A DNA stretch of 64,000 nucleotides, taken from the NCBI GenBank assembly GCA_963748615.1, contig CAVVJQ010000002.1, positions 17,718 through 81,717 of the forward strand, in the 5' to 3' direction. Source of the DNA: an uncultured Thermoplasmata archaeon. Lineage in GTDB: Archaea; Thermoplasmatota; Thermoplasmata; UBA10834. The position numbers were made by a program, and so were the translations under genes. The notes under the pieces were generated by a model. The model was given only the letters and a program-made list of their open reading frames with translations, was not told the origin of the DNA and did no database searches. Below are positions 55,410 through 64,000 of this stretch, piece after piece. Each line of letters starts with the position of its first letter. The first letter of the stretch is position 1.

Positions 55410-56139
55410 GTGCGTGGGGATGAGCTGATGGAAACTCTTAGATTCGTCATGGTGACGACTCATTATCCACCCCAGCATGTGGGCGGTGACGCCATGATGG
55501 TGAAGCACATAAGCACCGAACTCACAAAACGGGGCCATGAAGTAAACATATTCTACGACCCGAGCGTTCACAATATAATCCATGGAAGTGGCCGTACAAC
55601 CATGGATTCGAATGAGCACACACCCGAGATTCATGGAACCACATAAGGGTCCACAGACGCTATTGGAGGCGTTTGCTATAAGCAAAGATAATCAAGGATT
55701 CAAGCTGAACATGATTGGAGATGGTTCGCTTCGAGTATCCATCGCGGACAGAGTAAGGGAACTGGGCCTCGAAGATAGGATCCATGTGAGAGGATATGTG
55801 CAGCGAGATGAACTGAACCGACTTCTGGCAGGGAGCGTTGCCCAGATAATTCCTTCTCAATGGTATGAGAACAATCCGTTGACCGCGATTGAAGCTTTCT
55901 CTCACGCAATCCCAGTCCTTGGATCAAGGATAGGCGGATTGCCAGAGATTGTGAATGAGGCATCGGGGTCGCGCACGTTCAGGGCAGGAGACGCCAGAGA
56001 TCTGGCGGATAAACTGGTCCAGCTGTGGAGCGAGAAGGACGCGATGGATCAAATGAGCAAACAGGCTAGAAACGCATATCTGGACAAGTTCACAGCAAAA
56101 AGACACATCGACAGATATCTGCATACCCTTGGCACCTGA
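55410..56139 (+). pseudogene. decayed GT4 glycosyltransferase (N-terminal ~45 aa fused out of frame to the C-terminal ~170 aa; middle part missing)
   Basis: ORF 55410..55646 starts like GT4 (FVMVTTHYPPQHVGGDAMMVKHISTELTKRGHEVNIF). ORF 55582..56139 (+1 frame) carries only the C-terminal Rossmann half (HKGPQTLLEAF...YENNPLTAIEAFSHAIPVLGSRIGGLPEIV). The combined length is far below a normal GT4. Confidence 0.6.
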
Positions 56140-56352
56140 CATGTCCATCTCCGCATCCTCGAGCGCAGACTCACCGCACTGTGTCTTAGACTATCGAGAC
56201 GATTCAGATTGTGATTGTCATCGATCATATCGTCCCGTGCATCTCATGTCTGCATCGGTCAGAGTAGGTCCCTACCCGAATGCGATGATGAGAATCGAGG
56301 GTACAAATGAGAGAATCGCTGAGCCCATGATAATGCAGCGCCCGTGAACAGT

Positions 56353-56362
56353 ATTCATATAT
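56353..56362 (+). promoter_or_regulatory. TATA-like box upstream of the DUF1616 gene
   Basis: attcatatat is centred ~30 nt upstream of the GTG at 56390. Confidence 0.4.
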
Positions 56363-56389
56363 CCTAAGCCACTTCACAATCCGGTCTGC

Positions 56390-57364
56390 GTGGAAGAGAA
56401 GGTTGAGGAAGAATTGACAGAGGAAGAGAAGCCGTTCAAGATCCACATCGAGGTCAGGGAGAGGCCCTACGACCTGCTCATATGCATCGTGCTCGCACTT
56501 GTGCTCGTCGCCCTGGTCCTATTCGTCCCCGACAGTCTCGCGCGTCAGATCCTCGGACTCGTCTTTGTTCTATTCCTGCCAGGATATGCGGCGACCGCCG
56601 CTCTGTTCCCGGAGAACGACCAGATAGACGGTATTGAGAGGGTCGCCCTGAGCTTCGGGCTCAGCATAGCTATCGTCCCGCTCATCGGCCTTGCACTCAA
56701 CTTCACACCGTTCGGGATCAGGTTGGACCCGATACTCGCGAGCGTCTCTGCGTTCATAATCGCCGCATCGTTGATCGGATGGTACCGGAGGGTCAGCATA
56801 CCAGAGGACGAGCGGTTCGCGATCGTCGTCGACTTCGAGATGGACTGGAAGGGCATGCCTATGGTCGACAAGTTGCTCACCATAGGCATCGCGGTCATGC
56901 TGATCGCATCGGTCGTGGTGCTCGCGTGGGCCGTCACCACGCCAAGGGAAGGAGAGACATTCACACAGTTGGCGTTGCTGGGCCCTAGCGGGATGGCCTC
57001 TGATTATCCACATAACCTGACCGTGGACGAGGACGCGAGGGTTCTGCTGAGCGTGAAATCATTCGAACATCAACCGATGAACTACACGGTCGTGATCGTG
57101 CTTACGAATGCGACCGATTACAATTTCACAGTGGATGATTACTCGATCGATTGGGGTCTGACCAACGCCATGACACCACATTCTGCCATAGCGCAGAACT
57201 TCTCGATCGATCATCTGGAGTATTACAACCAGACTTTCGATTTCAATGTCGTCGGAGAAGGCACCTGGAAACTGCAGTTCCTACTGTTCACCGAAGGTCA
57301 GGAATTCACCCAGAACGCATATCGGTCCGTGCACCTGTGGCTCAACATATCTCCGGTCGTCTGA
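56390..57364 (+). CDS. DUF1616-type archaeal membrane protein (often found in N-glycosylation or surface-polysaccharide loci)
   Basis: N-terminal part PYDLLICIVLALVLVALVLFVPDSLARQILGLVFVLFLPGYAATAALFPE...ERVALSFGLSIAIVPLIGLALNFTP matches my memory of DUF1616. A C-terminal beta-rich extracellular domain follows. Confidence 0.6.
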   Translation: MEEKVEEELTEEEKPFKIHIEVRERPYDLLICIVLALVLVALVLFVPDSLARQILGLVFVLFLPGYAATAALFPENDQIDGIERVALSFGLSIAIVPLIGLALNFTPFGIRLDPILASVSAFIIAASLIGWYRRVSIPEDERFAIVVDFEMDWKGMPMVDKLLTIGIAVMLIASVVVLAWAVTTPREGETFTQLALLGPSGMASDYPHNLTVDEDARVLLSVKSFEHQPMNYTVVIVLTNATDYNFTVDDYSIDWGLTNAMTPHSAIAQNFSIDHLEYYNQTFDFNVVGEGTWKLQFLLFTEGQEFTQNAYRSVHLWLNISPVV

Positions 57365-57404
57365 GCATCGCGCGCCGATTGATGCATACTTTTGTGCACT
57401 TGGA

Positions 57405-57414
57405 ATTATATATA
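57405..57414 (+). promoter_or_regulatory. TATA-like box upstream of proC
   Basis: attatatata. The expected TSS is ~57438-57442. GGAAGAGGA (SD-like) precedes ATG 57454. Confidence 0.45.
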
Positions 57415-57453
57415 CGACTCAATCTGGCACAATATACGGAAGAGGAACGCGAG

Positions 57454-58278
57454 ATGAACAACAAGAAGATCGCGATAATTGGCGGAGGCAACATGGGCAT
57501 CGCCCTCGCGAAGGGCATACTCCAGACCAAATGGGCAACACCGGAACATATCATGGTAGCTGAGCCTCTGAAGACTAGGTTCGAGCACATCAAGAACCTG
57601 GTGCCAGGTGTCAAAGTCTCACACTCCAATATCGAAGCGGCCCAGTTCGCGGACATAATAGTGCTATCCGTGAAGCCGCAGATACTCCTCAAAGTCGTAG
57701 ACGAGATCAAGCCTACCCTGAAGGATAGCAAGCTCCTGATCTCTGTCGCGGCCGGACTCACTACCTCCGAGATGGAGAAGAAATCCGGCGGCAAGGTTCC
57801 CGTTGTCAGGGCGATGCCGAACATCGCAGCTGTCGTCAGGGAAGCGGCTACTGCGATCTGTCCAGGCAAGTATGCGACTGAGACGGACATGGCCGCGGCT
57901 CAGCACATATTCGAATCGGTCGGCATAGTGGTCGAGGTCGAAGAGGTGCTCATGGACGCCGTCACTGGCCTGAGCGGTACCGGACCTATGTACGTCTTCC
58001 AGATACTCGAAGGGCTCTCCGACGCGGGCGTCAAGGTCGGTCTGTCCAGGGACATCGCCAACACACTTGCGGTGCAGACGCTCATCGGATCATCCAAGTT
58101 GATACAGGAGACGAAAGAACATCCCGCGAAGCTGAAGGACCTTGTGACATCACCAGGTGGCACTGCGATAAGCGCGCTCCACTCGCTCGAGAGGAACGGG
58201 CTCAAGGCCATGTTGATCGATGCGGTCGAAGTCGCTTCGCTGCGTTCTGCGGAACTCGGTCTCAAGAAGAAGGAATAG
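57454..58278 (+). CDS. proC: pyrroline-5-carboxylate reductase
   Basis: From the internal ATG: MNNKKIAIIGGGNMGIALAKG (Rossmann motif), with C-terminal signature TSPGGTAISALHSLE. The ORF-track extension to 57151 overlaps the previous gene and is rejected. Confidence 0.9.
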   Translation: MNNKKIAIIGGGNMGIALAKGILQTKWATPEHIMVAEPLKTRFEHIKNLVPGVKVSHSNIEAAQFADIIVLSVKPQILLKVVDEIKPTLKDSKLLISVAAGLTTSEMEKKSGGKVPVVRAMPNIAAVVREAATAICPGKYATETDMAAAQHIFESVGIVVEVEEVLMDAVTGLSGTGPMYVFQILEGLSDAGVKVGLSRDIANTLAVQTLIGSSKLIQETKEHPAKLKDLVTSPGGTAISALHSLERNGLKAMLIDAVEVASLRSAELGLKKKE

Positions 58279-58356
58279 AGTTCCGAGTGAGCGCACGGTT
58301 CTCACCGATGCATGATCCATTTCATGATCCAGCGGGAGCGAGATTGGACTGTTGCA

Positions 58357-58602
58357 TCACGACAAGATCTCCCAGACCCGTCTCACGACTATGATCGCGA
58401 AGACGACCAGGAACGTGTAGATGAAGAAGTCGATACGTTCCTTCAGATGAAGAGGGGTGAAAGAATCTGTCAGCTCGCGGATGACCAACACTCCAATCAA
58501 AATGAGTGTTAGGAACACTTCGAGGCCAGCACCCATCGAGAGCACTAGGGCGAAGAATACCCAGATCAGCATCGCAAGGGCTATCTTCTCAGAAAGCTGC
58601 AT
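58357..58602 (-). CDS. small 3-TM membrane protein, paralogue of 49478..49732
   Basis: 81 aa with the same helix pattern and C-terminal RRVWEILS. Confidence 0.55.
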   Translation of the reverse strand: MQLSEKIALAMLIWVFFALVLSMGAGLEVFLTLILIGVLVIRELTDSFTPLHLKERIDFFIYTFLVVFAIIVVRRVWEILS

Positions 58603-58892
58603 CCCAGAGCCTCAGGTGAGGATTGCCGAAGGTACCATTTGTCCTTTTCTATTGGGGGAGCGGACGAATCTTGACGGGGACAAACTAGATATCGGAGCGA
58701 AGACAATCACATGACTGGGATGCACTGAGACTCTCTCAGCATTTCGACATACAGGAGAGAACTCGTTTGAAATATCTAAGTCAGGGACCAGCGACTCGCG
58801 ACGAAGGATCCAATTGAATCATGTTCGGTCAGTGCTGGTGATATTCCTAGTCCTGACTCTGACTGCGAGCATGACGGCTGGTCCGTTGTCAA

Positions 58893-59756
58893 TCATCTGA
58901 GCATCCCGCGCAACCGCTCTATACCTATTCTGAACCCTTCTCCGTCATTGACATGACCATTCCATATCTCGACCAGGACGGGGACTTCCGATTCCCTCAG
59001 AATGGAGAAATCCACATCACCCTCTCCGATCTGCAGACCTTCACTGGCAGGCGCCTTCGCATCGGAAGCGTGTATGTGCACGACTTTCTGTCCGAACGCC
59101 TCGATGAATCGTCTGTTGTATTCGCCATCGCCTTCAGGACATGAGAGGTATCCGTGACAGAGGTCCAGGGTGAATCCGTCGACGAGGTCCTCGACGAGCT
59201 TCATGTCCTCGATCGAGACGCAGACGTTCGATGTCATCTGCTGCTCCTTCCTGAACCAGTAGTACCAAGGCATGTTCTCCAACAGGAGGTTTTCTGAACC
59301 GAGGTCGGTCAATGACCGCTTCAGATTCTTTAGCAGGATAGAACGGTCGACCCGCGAACTACGGATGCCTCCTGGATGCACGACGACCATCGCACAACCC
59401 AGTGATCTTGCGATTTCTCTCGTCCTGCGTACTATGTCTACGGAAGACGCCCTAACCGTTTCCGATTCGGACGACAGATCGACCATGACCTCTGACCCTT
59501 CGCACTCCATGAACTCCGAGACATGCACGAGTTCGATGCGCGGAACAGCGGAACGCATATCCGCGATCTGCTCGCCGATAACATGCAGATCCCCATTGAA
59601 CAATAACAGCTCCGAGAAATCTGCGCCAGGTATTCTCATATTAGAATAATCATTCAAGCCTACCATCGCACCAAGCCGAAGCATCGAATACAACCGAGGA
59701 CATGATGCACGACGCCATATGTAAATCACTCCGATGATCGTCGGTTTCAGAAACAA
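58893..59756 (-). CDS. sugar phosphate isomerase/epimerase (xylose isomerase-like TIM barrel)
   Basis: Pattern VVHPGG ... LLLENM ... LDLCHG ... HIHASD is typical of the AP_endonuc_2 / TIM-barrel family. The start may be the internal MLRLGAMVG. Confidence 0.6.
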   Translation of the reverse strand: MFLKPTIIGVIYIWRRASCPRLYSMLRLGAMVGLNDYSNMRIPGADFSELLLFNGDLHVIGEQIADMRSAVPRIELVHVSEFMECEGSEVMVDLSSESETVRASSVDIVRRTREIARSLGCAMVVVHPGGIRSSRVDRSILLKNLKRSLTDLGSENLLLENMPWYYWFRKEQQMTSNVCVSIEDMKLVEDLVDGFTLDLCHGYLSCPEGDGEYNRRFIEAFGQKVVHIHASDAKAPASEGLQIGEGDVDFSILRESEVPVLVEIWNGHVNDGEGFRIGIERLRGMLR

Positions 59757-59790
59757 TTATTACCTCAGGCGAGGGTAGCCAAGAGCGTAC

Positions 59791-60463
59791 ATGGCTCCAC
59801 CCGTGATAGAGATAAAGGACCTGGTCAAGACGTACAATGGAAGACAGCCGGTCCTGAGACAGCGTCTCCTTCGTCGTGGATGATCAGGACTTCGTGACCG
59901 TCTACGGCAAGTCCGGGTGCGGGAAGACCACGCTCCTGAACATCATAGGCGGACTCGACAGACCTTCATCGGGAGACATAGCGATAGACGGCACGAGCAT
60001 CGTCGGGTTGACCGAGGATGCGCTCGCCACCCTACGCCTCGAGAAGATCGGCTTCGTGTTCCAGGATTACAATCTGCTCCTCGACCTCACGGTCAGGGAG
60101 AATCTGGAACTTCCGTTGAAATTCTCAAAGAAGAAGGATGCGGGCAGGGTGGGAGAGCTGCTCGAGAAGTTCGATATTGCAGATATCGCCGGCGAGAGGG
60201 CAAACAAGATCAGCGGAGGGGAGGCCCAGAGGACAGCTATCGCGAGGGCTATGATGAACAACCCACGGATCATCCTCGCGGACGAGCCTACGGGCAACCT
60301 AGATGACGAGAATGCGGAGAATGTGATCGAAATGTTCCAATTGGCAAGGAAGGAGTTCGGTACCACGGTAGTGCTAGCTACACATGACCCGAGCCTGGCA
60401 TCTCATTCGACCAAGAGGATAAGGCTCATGGAAGGTTCCGCTGAACTTGAGAGTCAGGGATGA
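59791..60463 (+). CDS. ABC transporter ATP-binding protein (MacB/LolD-like), interrupted by a +1 frame break near 59858-59866
   Basis: ORF 59791..59883 reads MAPPVIEIKDLVKTYNGRQPVLR and then runs out of frame. ORF 59876..60463 (+1) continues (S)VSFVVDDQDFVTVYGKSGCGKTTLLN (Walker A), ISGGEAQRTAIARA (signature) and IILADEPTGNLD (Walker B). No permease gene is adjacent. Confidence 0.75.
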
Positions 60464-60549
60464 TTGTCATGATATATCCCACACGACATGAATGTATTTA
60501 TTTAGACATCGTTACCTGGAAAGTATGAAATATGCCCGGTAGATGACAG

Positions 60550-61494
60550 GTGGGTACTCAGTTGGCTGACGAGTTAGCATACATTGGAGCATTCGCAGTC
60601 GCTTTTGCGATGACATTCCTCATCATACCCTGGATGATGCCCAAGTTGAAAGCCAGAGGCATCGTCGGCAGAGACCTCAACAAGCCGGGTACCCCACAGG
60701 TAGCCGAAATGGGCGGGATCGCCGTTGTCATCGGCTTCTTTGCAGGCGTGAGCCTCCTGCTTGCTGTGGATGGCATCACCAATGTCTCGCTTCTGAATGT
60801 ATCATTGGCAGTCATCCTCGGCGCTGCTTTCATAGGCATGGTGGATGACCTCTTTGAGCTCAGACAGCGACAGAAGGCTTTCTTCCCGTTCCTGCTCGCG
60901 CTTCCCCTCGGAGCAGCCTTGGAACCGACGATCAACCTCCCATTCATAGGAGACGTTGATTTTGGACCATTGATGATCATCGCCGCGCCTTTCGCAATCA
61001 CTTGCGCGGCGAATGCAGGCAACATGCTAGAAGGATTCAACGGCCTCGGCACAGGACTTGGAATAATAATGTCTTCGACTCTCGTGATACTTGCATTCGC
61101 ACACAATAATCTGGATGGCGTCTACCTGCTCATCCCGCTCTTGGGATGTCTGGTAGCATTCCTGTGGTTCAACAAATACCCTGCCAAGATATTCCCGGGA
61201 GACACCCTCATGTTGTTCATGGGAGCAACGATAGCCGTCGCGGGCATGCTTTCGAGCCTGTACCTGCAGACCATCGTAATCTTCGTGCCTATGATCACCG
61301 AGTTCTTCCTGAAGATGAGAGGGCGGTTCAAGGCGGAGAATTATTGCTCCAATGCAAGCAATGGTCATCTCGAATACCACGGAAGAATCGAATCCATCAC
61401 GCATGTCTTCATGAAGAAGACCAGATTGACCGAATCCCGCCTTGTGAGCAGGATCTGGCTTCTAGAGGGCGCATCTGCGCAGCAGTCATTCTGA
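60550..61494 (+). CDS. aglH: UDP-GlcNAc:dolichyl/polyprenyl-phosphate GlcNAc-1-phosphate transferase (MraY/WecA family, archaeal AglH type)
   Basis: Motifs FIGMVDDLFELRQRQK, AGNMLEGFNGLGTG and IFPGDTLMLFMG, with ~10 TM segments. Confidence 0.8.
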   Translation: MGTQLADELAYIGAFAVAFAMTFLIIPWMMPKLKARGIVGRDLNKPGTPQVAEMGGIAVVIGFFAGVSLLLAVDGITNVSLLNVSLAVILGAAFIGMVDDLFELRQRQKAFFPFLLALPLGAALEPTINLPFIGDVDFGPLMIIAAPFAITCAANAGNMLEGFNGLGTGLGIIMSSTLVILAFAHNNLDGVYLLIPLLGCLVAFLWFNKYPAKIFPGDTLMLFMGATIAVAGMLSSLYLQTIVIFVPMITEFFLKMRGRFKAENYCSNASNGHLEYHGRIESITHVFMKKTRLTESRLVSRIWLLEGASAQQSF

Positions 61495-61591
61495 TCGACC
61501 TTACAATCTAGAAGCACCAGTAATCTGCGAGTGATGATAGCCAGCGAATTACGTCACCTCAGAAGATTCTCGTAGGCGGGACGGATGATCG

Positions 61592-61601
61592 TTTGTTTTT
61601 T
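61592..61601 (+). terminator. oligo-T tract, candidate archaeal terminator downstream of aglH
   Basis: tttgtttttt (T6 run at 61596-61601) lies ~100 nt after the aglH stop, in a convergent intergenic region. Confidence 0.3.
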
Positions 61602-61733
61602 CCAGAATTTGGACAATGAACGGCAGTAGCGCATAGTTCCTACTGACCATGCGACCCATCTCGAGGCAGGGACAAAAGGGTCGTCAATCTCAAGACAGGT
61701 CAGATAGAGCAGAATCCGAAGTATCGGAAGTGC

Positions 61734-63384
61734 TCAGAACAGAATCGCTGACGTCTGGAAGATGACGATATTATTTGACTCAGGACCGCCAACATAAAGG
61801 ACATTCGAGTTCTCAAGGACCGAGTTGACATAGACTGGATCCAACACGGGGTGGCCGCGAGGATAATCATTCACGCCAACCACGGTCCACTCTTCGAGAA
61901 GCATGTTCATTATGCCAAGAGCGGAAAGTTCGCCCGATACAAGTCGACTAGGCAGATATGGATCCTTTTCGAAATCGTACAGTGCTCGGGCGTTGTATGC
62001 AAGTCGTTCATCGCTTCTCACATGAGTCGAGGAGCCAGCAGAGTCATAGACCCAGCCGAGTGCATCGACCTCATACTCCTGAGAGTCGTGCCTATCCCCC
62101 AACAACGTCTCAGTCGCGTAGCCAAATGGGAAGGAGCAAAGGAGGGCGATAATGAGAACGCATACAACCACCTGCTTGTATCGAGTCTTCGCGAAGTATC
62201 CCACGGCTATACCCACTCCGAGCGCAAGAGCGATATCAGCGTAGTCGAAAGTCCTGTAGAATATCTTGTGTCCGTCTAGGTCAAACCCTGAAGTCAATGC
62301 GAACAAGAACAGTGTCAATACAGGCAAGAGAAGACCGAGAGGGACGGCGCGATATCGGGAATTCGAAAATGCCACCCGCTCGAGGCCAAACCATCCAAAC
62401 ATCACGATAATGCCATAGATCAGGCCGATCAGGAGGACGCTGGATGTGAATCCTTGCGAATAAGGGAACATCGGGTTGAAGTAGTCCATGAAGGCGGCGA
62501 AGACCACGACAGCTCCCACCGCTGGAGCAAACGACAGACCGGGCCAACGCTCCTTCCCATTGAGGGTCAGTGCTGCTATGAATAACAATGCAGAAAAGGA
62601 GAGGATCATGAAGATGACATTCGCAAACTGCACCATAGTCCGACAACCTCTGGAACGAGGTTCCGAGATAGTATGCGTATGCAAGAACAGATGCCGCTCC
62701 GATTATTGCAATATCAATCACATGCGATAATGATATGCGCCTCTTCATGACCGCGATGATCAAAGACCAACATGTCAGATATGCAAGGAACAAGTAGGCC
62801 AGGATAGTCGCGAGGTGATACGTCAGAGGGAGCGCTGCAAGGACCACCAATTCGAGAACAAGGAACCGCTTATCGGATCTGTTCATGTATGCGAGAGTCA
62901 ACAGTATAAGCAGCGCTATGCCGAGCGAGCCCTTCCAAGCGGATCCTGTCAAGTACACGAAGGTGCCCAGGAAAGCCAGAACGAAAGCGGTGGACAACGA
63001 TCCAATGAGACTCTTGGTGATCTTGAACGCTATGACGTATCCCCCAACAACCGTCAGAATGGAGAAGACAGCAATCAACACCTGGGAAATCGAATAAGTG
63101 CCCACCGAGAGAGTTGATGATGAGAAGGCGATGATCATGTTGTAGATTGGGGTGATGATGCTGTAACTGTCAATGTAGAAACTATCTCCAGGATACGAGA
63201 GGTGCCCCGAGGAAAGTATGTCATCCGCGATCCTCGCTTCCGTCATGCCGTCGTTATTGAAAGGCAGGGGCGAGAAGGAAAGGGGAAGAATTCGAGTCGA
63301 GAATGCGAGCACTGACAGTACGATCAATACCAACAGCCTCGGATTTAATGATCGGATCCGGGCCTTGATTGATGACCTGTTCAA
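61734..63384 (-). CDS. polytopic GT-C-like membrane protein with C-terminal extracytoplasmic domain, interrupted by a +1 frame break near 62627-62645
   Basis: ORF 62281..63384 is coherent to ...AYAYYLGTSFQRL and then turns to junk. ORF 61734..62684 (+1) continues MVQFANVIFMILSFSALLFIAAL... with more TM helices and a ~130-aa soluble end. The first loop NNDGMTEARIADD resembles the acidic loop of ArnT/PMT/AglB-like enzymes. Family is uncertain. Confidence 0.55.
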
Positions 63385-63786
63385 TGCGTAAACCTCAAAC
63401 CATCAAGACCAACCCTAAGATAATAGTTTGCGGTACACCGAGACGCGCATTTTGCGGCCAGATGCTCACGAAGGAAAAGGATTAGCCCTGGCGACCGAAT
63501 GTGATGGAGTATCAGAAATTCTCGATACTGGCTGTGAGTTCGAAATACGACGACTGAATCACTTGGACGAAGAAATCGTAACGCATTGTCGAATATAGCC
63601 ACGATTTGGCCAACCCTAGTGCGAATAGATAGCTACGGGCAGTCTGTATTGTCACTAATATCGGTCGCAGCAAGGGCACTGACGGCTCTCACCAGATGGT
63701 GTAATCGCGACGGAACTCAGCGAGGGATGTGCCGTCTCCATGCCGACTGACCTCCTGCCCCGGAATAGTGTCGAGGAAGTCCGTTC

Positions 63787-64000
63787 ATGAGGGTATTTGT
63801 TTGGGCAGGAGGACACACGATCGCCGAGACTCTGATTCAGAACCCTCCGGAAGGTGTAGAAGTTATTTCTAACGTACAGGCTTACACGAAGAAGACGGGA
63901 GTCTCCGGCGAACGCATGTTCGTCATGCCAAATGAAGCGAAACTGATCATAGACCGAGTGGTGTATGGTACCGGACTACCCAGGCTCCTTCCTTCCATCC
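63787..64000 (+). CDS. partial CDS running off the right edge, unknown function
   Basis: The ATG at 63787 opens MRVFVWAGGHTIAETLIQNPPEGVEVISNVQAYTKKTGVSGERMFVMPNEAKLIIDRVVYGTGLPRLLPSI with no stop before the window end. Confidence 0.3.
   Translation, partial: MRVFVWAGGHTIAETLIQNPPEGVEVISNVQAYTKKTGVSGERMFVMPNEAKLIIDRVVYGTGLPRLLPSI

Noticed and set aside
58603-58892. Possible tRNA or small RNA genes in the longer intergenic regions (58603-58892, 61495-61733, 63385-63786)
   Set aside because: I could not fold a cloverleaf or find a T-loop (GTTCRAnYC-like) or acceptor-stem complementarity. No conserved structure is evident by eye. A covariance-model scan would be needed to be definitive.
25690-62645. 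Programmed ribosomal +1 frameshifting as the explanation of the frame breaks
   Set aside because: No shared slippery or pause motif is visible in the mRNA sense at the junctions. The zero frame has no stop or obvious rare-codon stall at the sites. The recurring hexamer is on the same DNA strand regardless of gene orientation. A DNA-level or technical cause is more parsimonious, but this is not excluded without data.

Overview
The window looks archaeal, plausibly Thermoplasmata/Methanomassiliicoccales-like, but this is inference only. Supporting content: an archaeosortase, PEF-CTERM proteins, an AglH-type GlcNAc-1-P transferase, DUF1616, an MttB-family methyltransferase, and AT-rich TATA-like boxes about 25-30 nt upstream of several start codons.

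Layout:
(i) 0.3-3.5 kb: sugar-nucleotide and glycosyltransferase genes.
(ii) 4-17.7 kb: mixed cargo. This includes an MFS transporter, a class II Fic protein, an uninterrupted (non-Pyl) MttB homologue, two tandem SBP5-fused surface proteins (one decayed), a zinc-ribbon membrane protein, ArsM and a PDO-like thioredoxin-fold protein.
(iii) 17.7-25.1 kb, module 1: TM/Cys4 protein, DUF4129-like, DUF4350-like, DUF58, polytopic membrane protein, archaeosortase.
(iv) 25.1-44.9 kb, minus-strand cell-surface island: a 1783-aa S8 subtilase, two small PEF-CTERM proteins, and a ~12.5 kb adhesin gene (DUF11 array plus ~24 SdrD-B-like units plus a novel C-terminal double domain) split into 3 ORFs.
(v) 45.3-53 kb, module 2: a colinear paralogue of module 1 that also carries a MoxR AAA+ ATPase and a relic DUF4350 3' end.
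(vi) 53-64 kb, glycosylation island: radical SAM/SPASM, GT4 genes (one decayed), DUF1616, AglH and a GT-C-like membrane protein, plus proC, a TIM-barrel isomerase and an ABC ATPase.

I found no rRNA, tRNA, CRISPR array or recognisable transposase/integrase.

Most notable observations:
- The duplicated MoxR/DUF58/DUF4350/DUF4129 modules bracket the surface-protein island.
- The archaeosortase is the last gene of one module, with PEF-CTERM and GPxGPW-type C-terminal signals nearby.
- There is an unusual series of +1 frame disruptions, three of them at the plus-strand hexamer GGTCCT.

All family calls are by-eye motif recognition, not database searches.
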